A DNA stretch of 61,882 nt, counting the filler, from Sphacelaria rigidula (Eukaryota): assembly GCA_964200075.2 (NCBI GenBank). It is 7 parts of 7 records of this genome, joined end to end, with 100 filler letters (N's around TTAATTAATTAA, not from the genome) between each part and the next. Parts side by side here need not be neighbours in the genome. Positions count along the whole stretch, not along the records: positions 53,129 to 61,882 come from CAXNAA020010188.1; 6 more parts are not named here. The stretch is one strand, 5' to 3'. Shown piece by piece: positions 53,029 through 61,882 of this stretch. The notes beneath the pieces were generated by a model. It saw only the letters and a program-made list of their open reading frames with translations. It searched no databases and was not told the DNA's origin. The position numbers and the translations under genes were made by a program. Each line of letters begins with the position of its first letter. Positions within the stretch are counted from its first letter, which is position 1.

Positions 53029-55928
53029 NNNNNNNNNNNNNNNNNNNNNNNNNNNNNNNNNNNNNNNNNNNNTTAATTAATTAANNNNNNNNNNNNNNNN
53101 NNNNNNNNNNNNNNNNNNNNNNNNNNNNTAAAAGAATCGAAAGTCAAATCGGACACCGTTAAGGGCTCATATAAACATAACGGACTTTACTTGTGGGACA
53201 GAGGAAGTATGTCGTTCTGTTTGACCCTCCTTTTTTTTCTTCATGTTCCTTCTTTTTCCCAGAGTGTGTTTCAGTTTCGTTTTTCTTGAGGACGTCCATC
53301 ATCAGACCACGGCTCGACCCCTGGCGGGTCAGTTGAAGGGCGACAATCAATCTAAAATAAAAAAAATCGTAAGTTACGTATTACACGCATACACGGGCCC
53401 TTGACCGCGTCCGATTTTTAAGTCATGAGTTTGTTTTTTCCCTGTCCGCGCAGTACCCTGCATGAGCCAATGGTCGAGAGAGAATCGGACCGCCCGACGA
53501 TGGCGGTAATTCGCCCCTATTCCACCGCACAAGGTAGGTAAAATAAAAAAAAATGAAGGAGAAACCTCTTGTCCTGACCTACCTCCTGTGTGACCCCGGC
53601 TGATGCGCTCACATGTGCCCAAATGTGGATTGGTGTACAGAGTATATGAGATACCAACGCATTCGCCATACATTCCGGACGGGGCACGTACTCATTCACT
53701 GTCTAACATACTGTGTCGAACGATTTCATGCCACCTTCATTCCGGGGGGGGGGGGGGGGCCGCAGAAAAAGAAAAAAGTAACCCCCCCCGCCCACACAGG
53801 AAATTAAAACCAAATAGGGTGATGGCGTTGGGAAAGCCCNNNNNNNNNNGGACGGGCCCCGTACCCATTCATTGTCTAACATCTGGGGGCAAACGATTTC
53901 ATGCCACCTTAATTCCGGGGGGGGGGGGGCACGCAGAAAAAGGAAAAGTTAACCGTCCTCGCCATCACTGGAACTTAATGCCAGATAGTCTTAGGCCTTG
54001 GTGAAGGCCTCCTAATCGTGTTTTACCACCCTTTCCAACGTCGTTCCTGCCGTCTGCCGCGCCGACACCCCGGTACGCTCCACATTGACCCCCCGAAAAT
54101 CTCAAAATTTCAAATTTCGACCCCAACTTTCTCAGTAATAATACATTTCAATCGTTTTTATTTTTCAAGGAGGACCACGATTTTTTGTTCAACAAGCCTA
54201 ACTGTAGCATCGTGAGCATCTCCGTTGGGGAAACGCTATCTGCAACCCGTGAAATACTATACTTATGGCACACAGGAAGTACTGTAGTTTAGGGATCACC
54301 ATCATCAGCAACATTACTTTTTACCAGCGATAATTACCCGAGGTCACCTGACTGACAAACGCCTCGTGGTCTCTCCCGGAATGCAGCAGCGGCATACATG
54401 AACACGAACAAATGAATATACCGACTGTAGGAATACGTGATCAAGCAGGAGATAGATGAAGGGGCTATCCTATGCGTGACTTGATTACACCATACATTCT
54501 TGGTTATAACCACATGGTCTAGAGCCACGAGCAACTACCTGCTTGATGCTGTCATCTGCTGTTGTATCTGCTCAGACAACCTGACAGCTTCGTTGCATTT
54601 GTGAAATCGGTAAGATTTTTCACCTTTGCTGTTGCTGGGGTCGTCAGCGGCAGTATCGAAGAAAGCAAGAGACACTCAAAAGATCAACGCAAAGTTTGTA
54701 TATATTCAGTACGCTTGCCTTCTGTCAGTTGTGCGCTTAGATACACTCGCTGAACCACAAGCTGTAGACATTACCTAGCATACAGGCGGTGGCGTAGCGT
54801 GCAGTCTGTGCAGCACAGCAGGCAGGTGGATTGCTACTTGATTTTTCCCACTCTTTACTTCGAAAATATGTCAATTTATCCTGGGTTTGTCTGCTAACGG
54901 CAACCGCACTTGACGGCAACAGCACAGCCACTGCTTGCGACACACACACACCATCTAAGAAGGCTGCACAAAGGGTATTTGGGTATTGTGAATACAGTAG
55001 CTTACTTAGTCATTCGGTGCGGAACCGATATGTTGCCTGCAGTGGATGCGCTAGTGATGCATCTCACCAAACCGCCCTGCCGCTCACACGGCTGCGCCAT
55101 CAATTCAACAGCGCCGCGGCACCTTCGTGTCATACTTCTCTCTTCTGTGCGCTCTGCTCTCTTCTGTGCGCTCTGATTGGCTGTGCACATCGGCTGTGCA
55201 CATCAATGCACATCAATGATTTTTTGAATTGGCAGGCGTTATTCAGGTCATGACTCGAAAAAAATATGGGTCCTACAATCAAGTTGCGCACATCAATGCA
55301 CAGGTTACCCTGTGGGCGCGGAGCCTTTGTGTTGGAGTTGAGGCTGAGGCACGTTTCCGCGTCACATTCGCATTCATCCTAATCCAACAGTACCCGCTGT
55401 TCCCCTATTTCAATTTCTTGATTTTGATGTTGATTTTGATTCTTGCACATTCACTGATCCCCCATGGATGCAGCCATTGTCACATGGCATACAATGCCCA
55501 AGCTGGATCAAATTGGAAACACTCGCTGGAGGATGGGTAAGAAGACAGAAAGAACAGTGGATTCTCGAGAAGGAGGTTGGACAAAAAACGAAGTTCGACT
55601 CACAAACCGTGCTTTCCCTGACCTAAAGTCATGACAAATGACGGACGACTCCATCCCTCCCGACCTCCCTCAAACTATTTCCGGGGATTTCTAGCCTTTC
55701 GTTCCCCGCAGGGTATGTGCGAAAGCACGATTTTTGGGTTAAACAGCGCCATTTTTTCACCCCGAGACAGTGGATTCCAGAAACGAAAATTTTGCACTGC
55801 TGTTTGCAATAGGGTTTTGGCATCGCCGTGTGTGAGCTTTTCAAGGAGCCACGAGAGTCCACTTGGCGGTGGTTTGTGCACATCATGAAATCGAAGGCAG
55901 TGCTGCCGCAGCAAACAGTATGTTACCA

Positions 55929-56290
55929 GGCATAAACACGTTACACATTCACGTTCACGTTACGTTCATCACGTGAAAAAAAATAGCGTTACGTTTCGTT
56001 AGATGTAAGGTCATATGAAACGTTTTATGTAACATGTAACGTCTAATACAACGTTACGTTGACACGTGAAAAAAAAAATGATGTCCATGTTACGTTGCGT
56101 ATGTCACGTAAAAAAGATAACGTTACGCGAATGTTTCATTTGAACATTTAACATCACGTTCACGTTACGTTCATCATGTGAAAAAAATAGCGTCACGTTT
56201 CGTTACATGTAAGGTCATATGAAACGTTTCATGTTACGTGTATCGTCCAATTTGACGTTACGTTGACACGTGTAACGTTCGAACGTAACT
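55929..56290. repeat. ACGTTAC-rich array with a roughly 200-bp direct duplication
   Basis: Dense ACGT motifs; about 55950-56066 matches 56155-56271; likely transposon subterminal sequence. Confidence 0.7.
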
Positions 56291-57081
56291 TTTCATCTGT
56301 GCATGTTGCGGCTCATTCACCAGTGTTCAAGGCGTTGTAATGTGTCGTGTAATGCGTGACGTGACCGTGTACGTGACGCTGGCGGTGGCCCGTCGTATGT
56401 TCGAGCGTAGGCGCATTATCTGATTGTGTAGCGTTACTTTCTCTACCGTGTATCGTTCATTCGTTTTTGACCGTATCATTTTCATTCCTCCTCTTTTCTT
56501 TTCATCTTCATGTCGCCAATCTTCATTTTTCAATTTTCCAGTGCTTGGTCATTCGCACGACAGCACAGACTAAACAACCAACACTTCGTGAACATGATTG
56601 AACGCTGACTTGCGTCGTCCTGGCATTTCTCAGACATAACTATGTCGGGTACCCTTGGTTCCATACATGTATACACGTATTCATGGACATATGAGATAGT
56701 TCATCACGGCCGGCAAATGTAGGCGGACGTATGTATGCACATATGCATGACAGGTTTACACCGCGGTTCAGGCAATCAAAGCATTTATCTACCTTGACAA
56801 ACGTTTGTTTTCCTGTACACAGACTGATGAATTTTTTCATTTCCCATCAGTTTGAACCGCTACGGAACTAGCCGTGGTCGCAGGACAAATATACCGAACG
56901 TGGAAAAACTAAACCGCTCGCTATTTCGACACAAAAAAACTCAACGGAAAGGTGAACATAAAGAGAACAAAATCAACCAAACAAGAAATATAAACGCTCG
57001 CTCCTTTGACTGAAAAAAAAATTCATGGCGTAGGAAAAAAAAGGGGATAAAAAACGACGAAAATGATCATGAAACTGCCGG

Positions 57082-57450
57082 TCGCCCCGGTGTCTCAGTT
57101 GGTAGTAACCTCGTAACCTTCTGATGGTTGAGTTGTGGGGTTCGATTCCCGGAGCGATCTGGGATTTTTCTTATACCATGCTCAACAGTGGAGAGCGACT
57201 ATGTCGTGGGTACACAAAAATTCGACTTAACGGTCGACGAGGGAAAGGGACTGCTGAACCCCTATCGCGATAAAAAATAAAAGGCGAGCACCGCAGGAGG
57301 AAGGGTGGGGTACTAAAAATAAAAAAAAGATGAAAAAAGCTCCTGTGTTGACCTTCCTCCTGTGTAACCCCGGCTGATGCGCCCACACATCCCGAAAGGG
57401 GTAGACTGGTGCCCAGAATAAATGGGACGACAACACAACACACACACAAG
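57082..57450 (+). mobile_element. tRNA-derived SINE, near full length
   Basis: A-box TGTCTCAGTTGG, B-box GGTTCGATTCCC, TCGCCCCGG/CCGGAGCGA stem, body repeated elsewhere in the window, CA-rich tail. Confidence 0.8.
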
Positions 57451-57558
57451 CACAAGAAACGAAGAGAATCCTCCGCCACAGAGTACAAGGTAACATATGA
57501 CACGAAGAACAAACTCAATACAAGCATTCACGACACCCCCCGCCCCTCTCCTCGATCA

Positions 57559-58790
57559 CTATAGGACATCCACAATATCTTCGTCTCGTGCAGGGTTACC
57601 GATCTCCCCTTCGCTTTCAGCCTGTGCAGCGATGGCGTGTCGTCGCCCCCCCTCCTGTCTTGCGTGGATATTGGCCATTCCCACGTTGATACATTTTACT
57701 TCCTTTACGCCGCCAGCGTTGAGACGCAGGAACATCATCTTGTACACGCGATCGGGGCCCGTTTGGCACCTCAGCTTGGTGAGGGTGGTCGACAAAACGG
57801 AGAAGTCCCGCTCCGATTGGCAACTGGTGCTGTTCACGCTGAGGTAGACACGTGCCAGTGCAGGTAACAGTGGAAACTTCGGCCCCTCGATGATTGAGCC
57901 ACCCTCACTGAACATCGGGTTCCCCGCCGAGCGCCCGTAGGCAATGGCATCCAGGCGGGCGTCTGCAGACGGCGCAATGTGCTCGTAGTCCATCATCTTC
58001 TTCCCCAAGCGGGCAGAAATGGTCATGGATGACCCCGCCGCCTGGACGCCAGCGGTGCTCTGATGGCGGCGGCATGGCTAGCCTCACGTTCCTCAAACAG
58101 GCTCCGTGAGCGTTTTTGTGCAGGCTCCTCAGCGCTGCCCGCCGCTCCATCGAGAGAAGTAGCCATCTCCCTGCTACCCAACTCAGTGTCCATCGCCTTG
58201 CCTAGCGCGACCAGCGCCTCCTTCGACATGTCGCGCAAAGTGTGGTCGTCCACCTCCGTTAAGTCCCCGTTGCCGCACACCGAGTCGTCCATTGTTTTTA
58301 AGCGCGGGTCCAGGTAAAAAGCGAGGATCCCCACGGTGGTGGAGGCCACATTAACCTTGCGATCCCTGAGCTGCCGCCTTCTGCATTGGGGCCTGGAGGT
58401 CATCGACGCACTTGAGCTCGTGAATCGGCGGCTTCTCTCACGTCTTGGTGTCCCTCGCCTTCTTAAAGTCGACCATCTCCAACTTTGCGGAGGTGAGGAT
58501 ATCAACGAGCTGGGGGCGCAGCTAGACGGCCCGGCCGAGGATGCTGTCAATGCCGTCCTGGATACCGCTCGTCACTCGCTTTGCGTACTCCAGCACGCAG
58601 CAGATCTTATTTATGACCACCGAGTCGGTCGGCGAGAGCCCGCGGTACGCATCCTGGGGGTGTTCGCGGAGGTACTCGGCGATGTACAGTATTTCTGGAG
58701 GATGATCAAACGCACCAAAATCGCAAGCTGCGAAGCCCACCTCGCATCCATTGTGGCGTACACACGGGGGTGTGAACGACGAGATGACGG
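57559..58790 (-). pseudogene. hAT transposase C-terminal relic
   Basis: RWASQLAILVRL, AFYLDPRLK and dimerisation motif FPLLPALARVYLSVNSTSCQSERDFS..LR..MMFLRLN, spread over several frames. Confidence 0.9.
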
Positions 58791-60966
58791 TTGAAAATGC
58801 ATGTTGATCATATTTTCATTCTTCACAACACCTTGAATGAATTGGTGTACTCACTCTTCCTGATTCGTGGGGAATAGCTGCGGTCACAACATGGACGAAT
58901 TCGAGGTAAAGCAGACGAGAACAAAGAAGGAAAACTGAAAATGTACCTGCGCAGAATTTACTCGATTGAATAAGCCGGCAGAGCCCACGTCACGAGTCAG
59001 ACCTCCCTTACACAGGTAAGGGTGACCCAAAGTGATTCGAAAAAAGCGCGACTATGGTCGAGCGTTCAAACTCCGCACTCGCCCCAAAATTGAGGACCTG
59101 TCCAAAGTCAGGCGGAGGACTAAAACATAGAACTTGTCCTGTTTCACTACTGTACCACAGCCATAACACTCAAGCCTTCTCTCATAACATGCAGTTTTCA
59201 CTACCTGTACTGTTCTCGTGTGTTCACGCATTGCAAAGACGGTTTGGATTGCATGAGCTCCGATGGTCGTTGTGTCCGTCTCTGCCGAAAACATTGTTAA
59301 TCGGCACGCGATGCTGCTTCCATACTGTTGAAAACTTCATGATGTGTTGGCTATTTTGTCTTCCGTATGGTGAACGAGACGCTGTCCGCTGCTACGACAC
59401 TTCTGCTGACGCTGTGCGTTGGGGGCGTGTACTATACTGGACCACTGTGTTATCTTCAGTGTACTGAATTTCACTCATATTATGTGTTCATGTGAAACGT
59501 GCTTCGAAATTGGACCGCACGAACACTAGGTTTTGGAATATTTTCCTGGCAATTCCCAGGTATAATTACGCAATCTGATCGGTAGTTATCAAGTACACCT
59601 GTCCCGCTCCAAATGCTGTCTACCAAAAATCAGAAACCCCACGAAAGAAAATGGGACGTAAACGCTTCAATAAGGAGACAAGGGCAGACGGGATAAACCA
59701 AACAAACAGAAATACTCGACAAAAAACTACGAACAAAAACGGAGACAACAGAACGAAAATCACGACTGAAAAGTTTTACATTACAACCCCAAACGTCACA
59801 TCTACTTCCTGCGGGGAAGCTCACCTGGTGTCATTGCGTCTCATTCAGTTGAGGATGTCGAACTTGATACCCGCAAACAACTCTCCCCCCGGCGTGTGAG
59901 GGGGTTCCGCGAGAGCGCCGCAGGAGTCGATGAAAACTGCGTTGTTTGGCTCATTTTTCCTTCAAAAAGGTTGAAAATTGTAGAAAATATGACCGCTCAC
60001 ATTGAGGAGCTCAAAGTCTTACCTGACATTCAAATCCCATTGAAGGCTGTGAGCGATTCGAAAGATATTCATGTGTAACATGCACCCGCAGACTCTCCGT
60101 GAGGGGAGGAAGATACAAACAAGCCAAGGCTGGCAGCACGCGGTGATCACGTATGCTCAATAGAAGATCTATGGTTTGGGGGAAGGGAGAGGCTTGGATG
60201 CTCTCGTAAAAAATGGTCCTTGCCATACTAAAATGTCCTAAACCAGTGAAGAAAACAAGAAAAAACTAACCCACTTATTTTTTGTTCATTATGCTCTTGC
60301 GAGGTCCCACACAAAATTTCGATGCACGAACACCAAATGTCGGCCGGTGAGTGGCCTGCAAAATACTGTTCCGAGGCTTCACCGACCCGGTTGGCCCTAA
60401 AATTAAATATGGACAATCAATAGGGCATAATACAAAAAGTTGTGCGTGGTCCGTAAGTTTTTTTTTTTTTGTCGTCATGAGCTAAAGGCAATAATCAGGT
60501 TTCAGGTTTCAGTAAAATACCGCTGAATTATGAAGAAAAAACTGTGGGTCCATGCATTTTATTATTATTATTTCCGCATATTAGTCCGATCTCGCGAACC
60601 CGTGGTCACAGACGTAGGCTCGCCTTTCCAATACCGTTTGCTGCTATTCCTTACGAGACACATTACAAAAAATAAAAATGAGAAGAGAGACGCCACGAAA
60701 ACCGGTGAGAAGTAGCTCCCCCGAGTTCAACGGGGAGAGAAAGAAAGAAAGAAAAACAAACAAACAAACACACGAACAAACGCCAGATCTGTCGAAAATG
60801 TACACCGAAAGGAAGGAAGAGAAAATATAACAAAAGACAACAGAGGTAATAAATACAAACACGCACACGAAGAGGGGAAAAAATACGAGGAAGGAAGGGA
60901 AAGGAGAGGTATCATGAAGTGCACAGAAGGTGAGCATAGCACACGCAGAACAAGAGGCTTCTTCAC

Positions 60967-61069
60967 CCTTGCCTGTCTGAAGAACGCGTCTTTGCCAGCC
61001 CCACCAGCAGCTGGCACCCTCACGATGTTGTTTGTGATATGATCCTCGATCATCTCCAGCACTTCGTCT
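60967..61069 (-). pseudogene. Orphan exon resembling telomerase reverse transcriptase just before motif B'
   Basis: RDEVLEMIEDHITNNIVRV..AFFRQAR; CAG acceptor; GC or GT donor; no GIPQG or DD exon found in this scaffold. Confidence 0.5.
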
Positions 61070-61524
61070 CTGGTCAAACCAACACGTGGATGAAAATTTA
61101 CGCGCAGTGGAACATGACTTTTCACGTTCCCTCTACGTGGATCACGCGGGCATACATCTCGTACCAGCGTCCTACACAGTACACCCGATACGCACGTATG
61201 AGTGATCGATGGTGGCGGCAGCACAAAATAGCCATGGAAGTGCTGCTACTGAAAGCTATCAATAGCTCTGCTACATGTATTGAAGCCTCACCACCCAAAG
61301 TCGACAGCCTGTAGACAAACCTGCCATACCCACCACATGAGCACAAGAACATTTACTCAAGAGGTAGCGGGTCAGAGAAACAAGCGTGACCATAGAGCGC
61401 AGAGCCAGTGCCAATCTCGTTGTACTAGCCCGGTGAGTACAAGAAGTCCTTGGTCTCTACCCAGGTTCGCGAGCACGTCAGCTCCTGCATTGCGGTGGTC
61501 GCGCGGCACCGAAACGTGACCGAA

Positions 61525-61788
61525 CCTGGACAATGACAGTAGGTCACGTTGTCAAAAAGTGTAATCCGTACAGTATCGACTATTGCGCCTCTTGCAATAG
61601 ACAATGGGTCCCATACTGTACGCAGTACGCTTTTTGGCAATGAAGTCTATCGTCATCATCCAGGAGTAGACGTTGTCAAAAAGTGTACTCCGTACAGTAT
61701 CGACTATTGCGTCTCTTGCAATAGACAATGAATTCCATACTGTACGCGGTACGCTTTTTGACAATGAAGTCTCTCGTCATCATCCAGG
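61525..61788. repeat. Long hairpin with a tandem second copy
   Basis: Foldback 61525-61664; 119-bp unit repeated at 61546-61664 and 61670-61788. Confidence 0.85.
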
Positions 61789-61882
61789 GTGTGAAATGTA
61801 TCCAGTTTTTTTTTCTCCCCTCACACTTTGAACCCCTCCCCTTCCTCGGGATGAGTCCGTGGTGTCAAGGGATCAACCCATC

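Noticed and set aside
53677-54005. Direct repeats flanking 10-N gaps (also 27505-27740 and 44500-44670)
   Set aside because: Typical unmerged low-quality contig-end overlaps
57082-57157. Functional tRNA gene
   Set aside because: Irregular anticodon arm and continuity with a multi-copy body indicate a SINE head
9336-61069. A linked system of telomeric-repeat elements plus a TERT-like exon
   Set aside because: They lie on different scaffolds joined artificially, so co-occurrence carries no linkage information

Overview
Eukaryotic, transposon-dominated sequence; the repeat families, TTAGGG telomeric motif and Gly/Pro-rich exons suggest a brown alga (Phaeophyceae; this is inference). The window is not one locus. 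It is seven scaffolds of 8756, 8755, 8755, 8754, 8754, 8754 and 8754 bp, apparently sorted by length and joined by 100-bp N44-TTAATTAATTAA-N44 linkers, so nothing can be linked across the linkers. Content: decayed Ty1/copia and Ty3/gypsy LTR elements, RTE-type LINE relics, hAT and piggyBac transposase relics, tRNA-derived SINEs, many MITE families with clear TIRs/TSDs, and degenerate host-gene exons. I found no intact host gene. Most notable: (1) a 211-235-bp TG...CA terminal-inverted-repeat element carrying a variable (TTAGGG)n tract, present as four independent TSD-flanked insertions in one scaffold; (2) an orphan exon resembling telomerase reverse transcriptase among same-strand exon fragments; (3) several palindromic or hairpin arrays. 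All identifications are by eye; no database searches were run.
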